Position numbers and translations under genes: made by a program. A stretch of 64,000 bases of DNA from positions 323,740 through 387,739 of the forward strand of contig OY970181.1 of NCBI GenBank assembly GCA_963708045.1. Direction: 5' to 3'. The notes beneath the pieces were generated by a model. That model saw only the letters and a program-made list of their open reading frames with translations. It was not told the DNA's origin and searched no databases. This document shows positions 36,859 to 47,100 of this stretch, one piece after another (within the stretch, counting starts at the first letter, position 1; each line of letters begins with the position of its first letter). This DNA comes from an uncultured bacterium. Its GTDB lineage: Bacteria > Patescibacteriota > Patescibacteriia > CAIQCM01.

Positions 36859-37833
36859 TTAAAAATTTATTTTTTTAATTTTGACGCTATTGATTTCGCG
36901 AACCGAAGGCCAACTTTTGAGAATTCCGACTTTGGCGCCCATTTGTTGAACAACGGCCGTGGCGTTTATTGTACCCAAGGCAAGGGCGGTGCGAAGATCG
37001 CCGTTTTTAATAAAACTGGCGGCAAAGGCCGAGCCAAAGGCGTCGCCCGCGCCAGTAAGATTGCTTCGTTTTACGGGAATGATCGCCGCGTGGGTAACTT
37101 CGTTTGGCGTAATCGCGTAGGCGCCAGCACGGCCATCGGTTAAAACGGAAAGCGGGCAGATTTTTCTCAGGCCGTTTACTAGTCCTTTTAAATTTTTTAC
37201 GGGAAGGCCGGTCAGTGCGGCAGTTTCTTCACGATTCAGGATAATCATATCCAGTTCAGAAAAAAGTTTTGCCGTTTTTTTAAGGCCAAGGCGCAGTTCG
37301 CCGCCGCCTGGATTCATAAAAACTTTGGCCTTGGTGTTTTTGGCGCGAGAAATAATTTGGCGAAGCAAATTAAGATTGCCGGACAGGCCGGAAACGTAAA
37401 AAAGTTGCGCATTTATTTTGCTCCAGGGGATTTTATTTTCCGAAAGCATTGAAGAAGCACCGCGGTGGGTAAGGATCGTCCGTTCGGCGACACCCGAAAG
37501 GATAATGACCGAGAATCCGGTTTTGTCGCGATCGGTTCTTTGAATAAACTCGGTGCTAATTCCGTCGCGTTTCATTGCGCGAATAATATCGTCGGCCGGC
37601 GCGTCCGTCCCGACCGAAGTCACGACCGCTGTTTTCATCCGCGCCATTCGCGAAAAAGTCGCCGCGTTGTTTGTTCCGCCGCCGCCCGTTTCAATCAGCA
37701 TCTCCTCAACGTCAATTTTTGCGCCAAAAGGAAAACAGGCCTCCATAATGCCATGCTCGCGATGGAGTTCCATTTGTTTAGAACGAAGAAAAACGTCCTG
37801 CGTCGCCGCGCCAAAAGTGATGATGTCAAACAT
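36859..37833 (-). CDS. PfkB-family carbohydrate kinase
   Basis: C-terminal TGAGDAFGSAFAASF anion-hole motif; N-terminal GGGGTNNA. Confidence 0.75.
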   Translation of the reverse strand: MFDIITFGAATQDVFLRSKQMELHREHGIMEACFPFGAKIDVEEMLIETGGGGTNNAATFSRMARMKTAVVTSVGTDAPADDIIRAMKRDGISTEFIQRTDRDKTGFSVIILSGVAERTILTHRGASSMLSENKIPWSKINAQLFYVSGLSGNLNLLRQIISRAKNTKAKVFMNPGGGELRLGLKKTAKLFSELDMIILNREETAALTGLPVKNLKGLVNGLRKICPLSVLTDGRAGAYAITPNEVTHAAIIPVKRSNLTGAGDAFGSAFAASFIKNGDLRTALALGTINATAVVQQMGAKVGILKSWPSVREINSVKIKKINF

Positions 37834-37917
37834 ATTAGAGATTGGAGATTAGAGATTGGAGATTAGAAGACGGTGGATGGCTTCAACATTCTAATTTCAA
37901 ATCTCTAATTTCTTTTT

Positions 37918-38787
37918 TTAGGCTTTCCCTTTGGCGCCGAAAAGTTTTATGAGTTCAATGGCTTTTATTTTGACGGCGTCGGCCGAGGGGGTCATTAATT
38001 TTAGCGGCGCGACTTCGTCGGGATTTGCTTTTAATGTTTCGCGGAGAGTTTTTGAAAAAGCCAAACGCAATTCGGTAGAAACGTGAATATTGGCGATGCC
38101 GGCGCGAATGGCTTTTTTAAACGCCTCGTCGCCGCTTCCCGAGCCGCCATGGAGAACCAAAGCGACGTTGTTTCTAAGTTTGGCGCGAAGTTCGGCAATC
38201 AGTTTAAAATCCAAAGCTTTTTTAGTCGCTGACATTCCGTGATAATTGCCAACCGCTGGCGCCAAGCGATTAATGCCGGTTTTGTGGGCGAATTCCAGCG
38301 CTTCTTCGGGTTTGGTAAACGACGCGCGGTCAACTTTAATTTTTGTTTTGTAAATTGTTGACGAGTCGGTCGCAAGCGCGCCGAGTTCGGCTTCAATGTT
38401 TATTTCGCGGTTCATTTTTCGCGCGTAACGAACGACGTCGGCCGAGCCGCTAATGTTTTCCGCGAACGGCAACTTGGAAAGATCAATATGCACCGAAGAA
38501 TAACCGGCATCAATCGCCGCTTTGGCGCCAGAAACGGAATGCGTGTGATCGGCGTTTAAAAAAATTGGTACGCCAAATTTTTTTGCGTAAGCGCGCGCGA
38601 TCGCCACAGCTGCTTCGGGGACGAGCGCGGCGCGCTCGGACTCCGAAGTACCGACCATAACCGGCGCGTTCATTGCCGCCGCCGCTTCAGCGACAGCGCG
38701 GAACATTTCAAGATTGGCAACGTTAAAATGGGGGATCGCCCACTTTCCCGCGGTGGCTTTGCTTAAGTATTTGGAAAGTTCGGGCAT
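37918..38787 (-). CDS. fba: class II fructose/tagatose-bisphosphate aldolase
   Basis: LHGGSGSGDE and HFNVANLEM...ADHTHS motifs. Confidence 0.8.
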   Translation of the reverse strand: MPELSKYLSKATAGKWAIPHFNVANLEMFRAVAEAAAAMNAPVMVGTSESERAALVPEAAVAIARAYAKKFGVPIFLNADHTHSVSGAKAAIDAGYSSVHIDLSKLPFAENISGSADVVRYARKMNREINIEAELGALATDSSTIYKTKIKVDRASFTKPEEALEFAHKTGINRLAPAVGNYHGMSATKKALDFKLIAELRAKLRNNVALVLHGGSGSGDEAFKKAIRAGIANIHVSTELRLAFSKTLRETLKANPDEVAPLKLMTPSADAVKIKAIELIKLFGAKGKA

Positions 38788-38789
38788 AA

Positions 38790-39776
38790 TTATTTTTTAA
38801 CGTTGTTAATGACGATCTTGGGTTTAATATGCTTGTATTTTTTGATCATCATTTTGATTTGTGTAAGCGTGAGCAAACCGTCCTGCGGCCCGATTTTCGT
38901 TACAACCGAAGCAGAGTTGGCCGCGCCCCAGCGCATTGCTTCGGGAACGGTGTAATCGTAAAAAAGCGCGGCTAAAAATCCAGTGGCAAAGGCATCGCCA
39001 GCGCCAGTGGTTTCTATGGCCTTGATTGGGAAAATTGGTAGATAGTATGTATTAATTGAATCTGATGCGTAAGCGCCGTTTTTGCCGTCGGTAATTACAG
39101 CAAGGTGCGGTCCGAGTTCGTGTAAGCGATAAAGCAGTCCAGGAATGTCGGTACTGTCGCCGACAAGTATTTCCGCCTCCTCGCGGTTTACAAAAACCAC
39201 TTCGGTGCGGCGCAATATTTCGCGCATTTTTTTAACACCTTCGCGCAAATGGCCGGTGCCGGGGTTGAAGGCAATTTTAGCGCGACACTTTTTGGAGTAA
39301 TTGATGATTTCTTTTTCAAGTTCGGCGTGCTGTTTTCCAATCGCCGTATAGTAAATCCAACGCGTCGGTTCAATTTCTTTGGGAAGCGAGTATTCGCGCG
39401 GATGAGAAAAAGTTAAAATTGTCCGATCGTCTTTAAAATTAATAACAACGGAATGGTTGGTTGCCGAGCGTTTTTGAACCTGCAAATATTTTAAGCTGAT
39501 TTTTTCGCGGCGCATTTTTTTTACGATTTGTGCGCCGGTATCGTCGTCGCCGATGACCGAATAAAATCCCGCCTTAAGCCCAAGCCGTGCCGAACCAACG
39601 GCGTTGTTTAGAGCATTTCCCGCGACTTTTTCGTGCAACGCCTGAATCGGAAGCTTGTCGCCAAAATTTAGGCAAAGCTGTTTGGATTTAATGCCGGCAA
39701 TGTCGTTTAACGAAGCATCGCGCAAGCGAACAAAAGTGTCCAAAGCCGCGTCGCCGATTGAAAGAATGTCTAGCAT
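38790..39776 (-). CDS. PfkB-family carbohydrate kinase (second copy)
   Basis: TTGAGDAFATGFLAAL motif. Confidence 0.75.
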   Translation of the reverse strand: MLDILSIGDAALDTFVRLRDASLNDIAGIKSKQLCLNFGDKLPIQALHEKVAGNALNNAVGSARLGLKAGFYSVIGDDDTGAQIVKKMRREKISLKYLQVQKRSATNHSVVINFKDDRTILTFSHPREYSLPKEIEPTRWIYYTAIGKQHAELEKEIINYSKKCRAKIAFNPGTGHLREGVKKMREILRRTEVVFVNREEAEILVGDSTDIPGLLYRLHELGPHLAVITDGKNGAYASDSINTYYLPIFPIKAIETTGAGDAFATGFLAALFYDYTVPEAMRWGAANSASVVTKIGPQDGLLTLTQIKMMIKKYKHIKPKIVINNVKK

Positions 39777-39931
39777 ATATTTGAATATCTAATGTCTAAT
39801 ATCTAATTTCTAATCCGACCAGCCGGAAACCCCGCGTCTCGGGGTGACGGCAACGGATTAGATATTAGGTATTAGTTATTAGATATTAAGTAATTATTAT
39901 ATCACAAAACCCCGACGCTGCGGGGTTTTGG

Positions 39932-40897
39932 CTATTTTCGTTTGATTACTTTTTTAACTGCTTTGACGACGTCTTTAGTTCCCATTTCGTAAAATTCTAA
40001 GAGTTCGTTTGGTTCGCCAGATTGACCGAACTTATCGTGAACGCCGACAAACTCCATTGGCACAGGGTTGTTTTGGACCAAAATTTCTGCGACCGCCGAA
40101 CCCATGCCGCCTTTTATTTGGTGCTCTTCAACGGTCACAACGGCGCCGCAATCGCGTGCCGCGGCAAGAATAGTTTTTTCGTCCATTGGCTTGATTGTGT
40201 GATTGTTAACAACGCGGCATTCAATGCCTTCTTTTGCCATTTCTTCGGCCGCTTGAAGCGCTTGATAAAGCAGTGGGCCGCAAGCAATAATCGCGACATC
40301 TTTTCCTTCGCGCACAACCATTGCCTCGCCGATTGTAAACGGCGTGGCGTCGTTTGTCATGACCGGTGTTTTTTCGCGGGCAAGCCGAAGATAAGCAGGG
40401 CCGATAATTTTGGCGATTTCAATCGTTGCTTTGCGCGCTTCAATCGCATCGCAGGGATAAATTATGGTTAACTCGGGAATACAACGAGTAATGGCCATGT
40501 CTTCAATCGCTTGGTGTGTGCCGCCGTCCGGACCTACCGAAACGCCAGCGTGTGAACCGATTATTTTGATGTTTGCCTCGCTAAGGCAGGCAGTGCGGAC
40601 TTGTTCCCAACTGCGGCCAGGGGAGAACATGGCGTACGAAGTGCAAAAGGGGACTTTCCCTGCAAGCGCGAGTCCGGCCGAGATGGTAACCAAGGCTTGT
40701 TCGTAAATGCCCATCTGAATAAAGCGGTCGGGAAATTCTTTTTTAAAGCCGTCCATCTTTGTTGACGCCGTGAGGTCGGCGCAGAGGGCGACAATGTTCG
40801 GGTCGGTTCGTCCAGCGATTACTAATCCTTCGCCAAACCCAACGCGAGTTGGATTTTGCACTTTGCCGCTAATGTCTAATTTAATTCTATCATTCAT
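39932..40897 (-). CDS. transketolase, C-terminal subunit (pyrimidine-binding and C-terminal domains)
   Basis: Split-transketolase architecture; 321 aa. Confidence 0.8.
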   Translation of the reverse strand: MNDRIKLDISGKVQNPTRVGFGEGLVIAGRTDPNIVALCADLTASTKMDGFKKEFPDRFIQMGIYEQALVTISAGLALAGKVPFCTSYAMFSPGRSWEQVRTACLSEANIKIIGSHAGVSVGPDGGTHQAIEDMAITRCIPELTIIYPCDAIEARKATIEIAKIIGPAYLRLAREKTPVMTNDATPFTIGEAMVVREGKDVAIIACGPLLYQALQAAEEMAKEGIECRVVNNHTIKPMDEKTILAAARDCGAVVTVEEHQIKGGMGSAVAEILVQNNPVPMEFVGVHDKFGQSGEPNELLEFYEMGTKDVVKAVKKVIKRK

Positions 40898-40955
40898 AAT
40901 TTTATTTTTTAAACTAAACCCTAAACCATAAATCCTAGACCCTAACCTCTAACCC

Positions 40956-41816
40956 CTATTGATTTTCTGAAATAATTTTTCCGCCAAGCGTTCGGAGTTC
41001 GTTAAGCGCTTTTTCGGCTTGTTCGGCGTTAGGAATAATGCCGTGCCATTCAAATTTGTATTCCATAAAGTCCACGCCCTTGCCCGCGATGGTATGCGCG
41101 ATAATGCAGGTGGGACGATCTTCGGTTGCTTTGGCTTCTTCAATCGCTTCAACAAATTGTCGAATGTTGTGACCGCCAACTTCTATAACGCGCCAATTAA
41201 ACGCTTCGTATTTGGCTTTTAACGATTCAAGCGGCATTACTTTTTCGGTCGGCCCGTCAATTTGAATATTATTGCGGTCAATAATAACGGTTAAATTGGA
41301 AAGTTTGTAAGCGCCGGCAAAAAGCAAGGTTTCCCAAACAATGCCGCAGTCTTGTTCGCCGTCGCCCATCACGCAATAAGTGCGCCAGCTTTTGCCGTCC
41401 ATCCGCGCCGCATAAGCCATACCGGCGGCTTGGGCAATACCTTCGCCAAGGGGTCCTGAGGTTGTTTCAAGGCCGGGGAGGTGTAGGCGTTCCGGATGTC
41501 CCTGAAGCCGAGAACCAAATTTTCGGAGCGTGAGCAGTTCTTTAACGGGAAAATATCCAGCTTCGGCCATTGCTGCGTAACGAACCGGACAAATATGGCC
41601 AGCCGAAAGAATAAGGCGGTCACGTTCCGACCACTCTGGATTTTTTGGGTCGTGATTTAAAACGTGAAAATAAAAAGCCGCAAAAACGTCGGCCATGTCC
41701 AAAGGTCCCGCCGAGTGTCCGCTTCCGGCCGCAACCAGCATTTTAATAATGTCCTCGCGAATCGTGTTGGCCTTGGCTTCTATCGCAAGGACTTTTTTAT
41801 CGGTCAGATCAAACAT
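40956..41816 (-). CDS. transketolase, N-terminal subunit (TPP-binding)
   Basis: GDGEQDCGIVWE and HTIAGKG motifs; 286 aa. Confidence 0.8.
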   Translation of the reverse strand: MFDLTDKKVLAIEAKANTIREDIIKMLVAAGSGHSAGPLDMADVFAAFYFHVLNHDPKNPEWSERDRLILSAGHICPVRYAAMAEAGYFPVKELLTLRKFGSRLQGHPERLHLPGLETTSGPLGEGIAQAAGMAYAARMDGKSWRTYCVMGDGEQDCGIVWETLLFAGAYKLSNLTVIIDRNNIQIDGPTEKVMPLESLKAKYEAFNWRVIEVGGHNIRQFVEAIEEAKATEDRPTCIIAHTIAGKGVDFMEYKFEWHGIIPNAEQAEKALNELRTLGGKIISENQ

Positions 41817-41930
41817 AAATTTATTTTTGGTTATGTTTTTTCAAAATGTTGTAATTTTATTATTATATCACGATTGTAAACAACAAAAAACTTCGCCATA
41901 AGGCGAAGTTTTTATGTCTTGTTTGAGAAA

Positions 41931-42344
41931 TTATTTTGTAACTTCCACGACGCCGCCAAAAGCCGGATTTAGGTGGTCGTGATAAAGCCAGCGGCCGGCT
42001 TTGTCAAAAGTATAACTGTAACTCGCGCCCGGAGAAATGTTGGTTTTGGCATCAAAGCCGGGGAGGGCGGTATGTGTTGGGTGTGGATCGGATGCTATCC
42101 AATGGATATGTGTTGAGTTGTTTTTAAAAGTCACAACCGTGCCGACTTTTACGTAAGCGGTTGTTGGTTCAAACGAGCCGTCTTCCATCATGAGCACAGT
42201 CATCGTGCCGCTCGCCGGATTATTTGGCGTGGTGCCGATTGCGGGGCCGTTCGTGTTTGTATTTGCGACCGGCGGATTTGTTTTTGCACAACCGGCGCCC
42301 ATAAGGGCGATCACGACAACGGCGAATAAGAGTTTTTTTCTCAT
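41931..42344 (-). CDS. cupredoxin-like (plastocyanin/azurin-type) copper-binding lipoprotein
   Basis: Lipobox LMGAGCAK; His/Met ligand context (HIHWIASDPHPTH...YHDHLNPAFGGVVEV). Confidence 0.55.
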   Translation of the reverse strand: MRKKLLFAVVVIALMGAGCAKTNPPVANTNTNGPAIGTTPNNPASGTMTVLMMEDGSFEPTTAYVKVGTVVTFKNNSTHIHWIASDPHPTHTALPGFDAKTNISPGASYSYTFDKAGRWLYHDHLNPAFGGVVEVTK

Positions 42345-42369
42345 ATTTTTTAAAAATTAATTTTAAAAT

Positions 42370-43014
42370 TTAAATTTTTGCGTCAGCGACGATTGAATTA
42401 TACGCGGCGGCAGGGTCTTTGGCTTTCCATAGTGCTGAGCCGACGATGAGTTCGTCGGCGCCCGCGGCAATGAGCTCGTGCGCCAAATGCGCCGTGTCAG
42501 TAATGCCACCGTCAACGCCGATTTTTATGTCGGGGTGGGCAGTGCGCAGTCCGTGAATGCGTCCGATGGTGTCGGGGTGAAAGGCTCGGCCTTGCGCCCC
42601 CGGGTCAACGCCAAGTAAAAGCACATAATCAACAAAGGCGATAAATTCTTCAAGCTCGGCCAAGTCGGTTTCGGGATTAAAAGCCAGGCCAAATTCGCGA
42701 TTAAATTTGCGGGCTCGTTCCAGCGCTTTTCCAATGTTGCCGCTGGCTTCGCGGTGAACGATAATTCTTTTGGCGCCGGCAACAATCCAATCGTCAACAA
42801 TGGCGTCGGGGCGCGCGACCATTAAATGTGCGTCAAAACGAAACGGATAGTGACTCGCGGCGATGATTTTGGGGTCAGCCCAACATGATTTTCCAAAAAG
42901 CGTGCCGTCTAAAACGTCAATTTGCACCGCTTTGGCAAAAGCGGCGGCTTGATTAGCTTTTCCGCTAAAATCTTTTTCGTTTTCCGCAAGAATTGCGGGG
43001 ATGACCGTGCTCAT
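42370..43014 (-). CDS. rpe: ribulose-phosphate 3-epimerase
   Basis: IDVLDGTLFG..., HLMVARPD, GVDGGI motifs; start taken at MSTVIPAIL (the ORF-track start at 43095 overlaps rpiB). Confidence 0.8.
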   Translation of the reverse strand: MSTVIPAILAENEKDFSGKANQAAAFAKAVQIDVLDGTLFGKSCWADPKIIAASHYPFRFDAHLMVARPDAIVDDWIVAGAKRIIVHREASGNIGKALERARKFNREFGLAFNPETDLAELEEFIAFVDYVLLLGVDPGAQGRAFHPDTIGRIHGLRTAHPDIKIGVDGGITDTAHLAHELIAAGADELIVGSALWKAKDPAAAYNSIVADAKI

Positions 43015-43466
43015 AGCAAACCTTGTTCGGTTTTTGAGATTTTTTGAAGACGTCGTTTGTGTCTTTCGGCGCCGGAAAATTTTGTCGTTAACCAAAGGCG
43101 AAAGATTTTTTTAGCGAGAATGGAATTTTTTGTGACGGTTCGTCCGCCGAGACAGAGAACGTTCGCGTTATTGTCCAAGCGCGACATTTTTGCGGTATAT
43201 GCGTCATAGCACGCCGCGGCGCGCGCGCCTTTTATTTTGTTTGCGGCAATACATTCACCAAGCCCCGAGCCGCCAAAGACTACCGCCCGCTCGCCCGTTT
43301 TCACAGCCGCCTTGACCGCCGGAAAAATAAAATCCGGATAATCATCTTCGGTGTCAAACGAAAACGCGCCAGCGTCAATTACCTTACAGCCGAGTTTTTC
43401 GGCGTATGTTTTTAGCGTTTCTTTAAGGCGGAAGCCGGCGTGGTCGGCGGCAAAATATAGGGTCAT
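43011..43466 (-). CDS. rpiB: ribose-5-phosphate isomerase B
   Basis: RpiB/LacAB family: DHAGF, GGSGLGECIAANK, LCLGGR. Confidence 0.85.
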   Translation of the reverse strand: MTLYFAADHAGFRLKETLKTYAEKLGCKVIDAGAFSFDTEDDYPDFIFPAVKAAVKTGERAVVFGGSGLGECIAANKIKGARAAACYDAYTAKMSRLDNNANVLCLGGRTVTKNSILAKKIFRLWLTTKFSGAERHKRRLQKISKTEQGLL

Positions 43467-43469
43467 AAA

Positions 43470-44108
43470 TTATCCTTTGGATTTGATGCGTTTGGCTTGT
43501 CGCAATTTAAAATATCCGGCCTTGGTATATTCGTCGTGAATGCAGGCAATAACTTTTTCCACCAAAATTTTCGGCTCGGAACTAAAAAATAGTTTGTTTC
43601 GTAATTCTTTTTTTGCCGTGTGCAAAAGGTGGGGGATTTCGTCGGCAATGCCGCCCGAACCAGCGAGCACACCAAGAATTTTTTCGTCTTCAAAAGCAAT
43701 TGTAAATTCGTTAAGCGAACCCATCCGTCCGCCGATCGTGATGACCGCATCGGCGGCGCGTGTCAGCAGAAGGTTGCGGCCGGAATAATTAAAGCCGGTA
43801 TAAACGATCACGTCGTGGTATTCAACCGGTAGGCGATAAGCGTTGACGTGCTCTTTTACCGTTGCAGCCGGAGAAAAACCAATCGCAATCCCGCCGCATT
43901 CGTAATTGCCCTTGGCGGCAAAAAGCGGCAGGCCAGTCGTGGCGCCAGTCAAAAGGATAGCGCCCTGAAGCGCGATTTGGCGGCCAACTTCGTAGGCAAG
44001 GTCGGCCGCGCCAGTGACGGTTTCGCCAGCGGCCGCGCCGGAAACGCAGATTTTGTATTGGTGCTGAAGATGTGCCGGGAGTAAGGATTGCTTTGGTTTC
44101 TTTGTCAT
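43470..44108 (-). CDS. TIGR00725/LOG-like Rossmann-fold protein
   Basis: ICVSGAAAG...GGRMGSLNE pattern typical of the LOG/TIGR00725 nucleotide-binding family. Confidence 0.5.
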   Translation of the reverse strand: MTKKPKQSLLPAHLQHQYKICVSGAAAGETVTGAADLAYEVGRQIALQGAILLTGATTGLPLFAAKGNYECGGIAIGFSPAATVKEHVNAYRLPVEYHDVIVYTGFNYSGRNLLLTRAADAVITIGGRMGSLNEFTIAFEDEKILGVLAGSGGIADEIPHLLHTAKKELRNKLFFSSEPKILVEKVIACIHDEYTKAGYFKLRQAKRIKSKG

Positions 44109-44160
44109 AAGCGATGGTTAGTTTTATGTTAGTAGCCATTTTACTTCATTCTGGACATTT

Positions 44161-47100
44161 TTGCCAAAAAACGGTAATTTAACCTCTTCCCATCGGTATA
44201 AAAAATTATATATGGCCATCCCAAAATTTCCCGAACTTGAAGAGCAGATTCTTAAAGATTGGGATAAAAACGATATTTTTAACAAAACTTTGGCAAAACC
44301 CTCGCCAAAGGGGAATTTTATTTTTTTTGAAGGTCCGCCGACCGCGAACGGCAAGCCTGGCATTCACCACCTAATTGCCCGCCACTTTAAAGATGTCATC
44401 TTGCGTTATAAGACGATGAGTGGTTTTCACGTTGAACGAAAAGCCGGTTGGGACACGCATGGTCTTCCGGTTGAAATTGAAGTTGAAAAAAAACTTGGCT
44501 TTAAAAGCAAGCGCGACATTGAGGAATACGGCATCGCCGCTTTTAACAAACAGTGTCGCGAATCCGTTTGGCAGTTTAAACAGGCTTTTACCGAATTTAC
44601 CCACCGCTCCGGCTATTGGTTGGATTTAGAGCATCCGTATATCACCTACGATCCTAATTATATGGAAACGCTTTGGTGGATCGTTAAAAAAATAAATGAT
44701 CGCGGTTTTCTTTATGAAGCCAATCGCGTCGTGCCGCATTGTCCGCGTTGTGGAACAACGCTTTCGTCGCACGAACTGGCACAAGGGTATGCCGAAACCG
44801 AAGACACTTCTGTTTTTGTGCGCTTTAAAATTTTGGATGAGCGGTTTCCAAACACGAGTTTTCTTGTTTGGACGACGACGCCGTGGACGCTGCCCTCAAA
44901 CGTCGCTTTGGCTTTGGGTGAGAAAATTTCGTATTCGCTCATTGAACTTGCAGCGGGCGAGCGGCTTTTGCTCGCGACTGATCGGCTCGGCGTAATAGAC
45001 GGCGAATTTAAAAAAATATCAGAACATACCGGCAGTGAACTTGCGAATATTTCTTACGAACCGCTTTATAATTTTATTTCCTACGACGAAAAGAGTCATT
45101 ATACGGCTTTGGCTGATTTTGTTTCCACAACCGACGGCTCAGGCATTGTTCATATCGCGCCAATGTATGGCGCCGATGACTTTGCTTTGGGCGCGAAATT
45201 AAAATTGCCGGAAAAACATTTAATTAGCGAGCGCGGCGAATTTATGGAGGCGGTTAAGCCGTGGGCTGGAATGTTTGTTAAAAAAGCCGACCCGCTGATT
45301 ATTGAAGACCTTGCGAGCAGCGGCAAACTTTATAAAACAGAAAAAATAAAACACGAATATCCATTCTGCTGGCGCTGTAAAACGCCGCTCATTTATTATG
45401 CCAAGCCGTGTTGGTACTTTAAGACAACAGCGGTTGCGAGCGAAATGATCAAGGCCAACGAAACAATAAATTGGGTGCCGGAGCATATTAAGGAAGGGCG
45501 CTTTGGCGAGTGGCTTAAAGGTGTAAAAGATTGGGCGCTCACCCGCGAGCGTTATTGGGCAACGCCGCTTCCGGTTTGGAAATGTGCGGACGGTCACGTG
45601 ACCGTAGTTGGGTCGTATGATGATTTGGAAGAAAAACGTTTTACCGCCCCAGCACGACTTTTGCTAATGCGCCACGGCGAAGCGGAAAGCAATGTTTTGG
45701 ATATGATTGCAAGCGGCGAAGCTGGGCGCAAGGCGGATTTAACGGAACAAGGCGTTAAGATGGCCAAGTCAGCGGCAAAAAAATTAAGCAAAGAAAAAGT
45801 TGTGGCGATTTATGCTTCACCTTTTATGCGCACCAAAGAAACGGCTGAGCTGGTGGCAGAGACGCTTGGTCTGCCGGTTATATTTGACGACCGGCTTCGT
45901 GAAATAAATTCTGGGGCAATGGATGGAAAAACGGTTAAAGAATTTTACATCGCTTTTCCCGAGCCGTCCGACCGTTGGACGCACGCCCCTGAAGGCGGGG
46001 AAAATTTTTCCGAAACTAGAAAACGGATGATGGCTTTTGTTCGTGAAATAAACCTGAAACACGCAGGCGAAACCGTGCTTGTTGTCAGTCACGGTGACCC
46101 GCTCTACATTTTAGACTGTGTTTTTAACCGCGTGCCAGACGATAAGCTTAAAGAATGGCGCTATCCGGAATTTGCCCACCCAACCGAAGTAATCTTGCCA
46201 AACTGGCCAATAAACGACGATGGCGAGCTTGATCCGCATCGCCCTTATATTGATGAAATAAAAATTAAATGCGACAAATGCGGCAAAGAAGCGGCGCGCG
46301 TAAAAGACGTGATGGACGTGTGGTTTGATTCGGGAGCAATGCCGCTTGCTTCGTGGCATTATCCGTTTCAAAACAAAGAGCGCATAGACAAAGGCGTGTC
46401 GTTTCCCGCTGATTATATTTCTGAAGGCATTGACCAAACACGCGGTTGGTTTTATACGATGCTCGCGGTGTCAACATTGCTCGGCTACGACGCGCCGTAT
46501 AAAAATGTCATCACCCTAAATATGGTTTTGGACAAAAAGGGTTTTAAAATGTCCAAGTCCAAAGGCAACATCGTTGAACCGCAAAAGATTTTTTCCACTT
46601 TCGGTTCCGACGCCTTGCGTTTTTATTTCTTTTCCATAAATCAGCCGGGCGACTATAAAAAATACGACGACAAAGACGTGGACGCGGTCGTAAAAAAAGT
46701 TTTTCTTATCCTTTGGAATACGATGGAGTTTTGGAAAATGTCTAAAGACATGGACCATGAATCACGCACCATGGACCATGAACATATTATGGACGCTTGG
46801 CTTAGGTCGCGCACTGGAATACTCGTGAAGACGGTGACAGAAGAATTGGAAAAATATCATCCAACCGAGGCGAGCCGTGCCATTGCCGAATTTGTTAACG
46901 AACTTTCCACGTGGTATGTACGCCGTTCGCGCGATCGTCTGCGCACTGGCGCTTCCACCGAACCGCTCAAGGACGCGCTTATGACCGTCGCCAAACTGCT
47001 TGCGCCGTTTACGCCGTTTGTTGCCGAAGGACTTTACCGTGAACTTGGTGGAGAGCTGGAATCGGTCCACCTTTGCGATTGGCCGGAATATAAGGAAAAA

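Noticed and set aside
40905-40965. Telomere-like ctaaaccctaaacc repeats
   Set aside because: Internal to a co-directional operon between the two transketolase subunits; only about 6 degenerate units; fits the local family of low-complexity intercistronic elements rather than a replicon end
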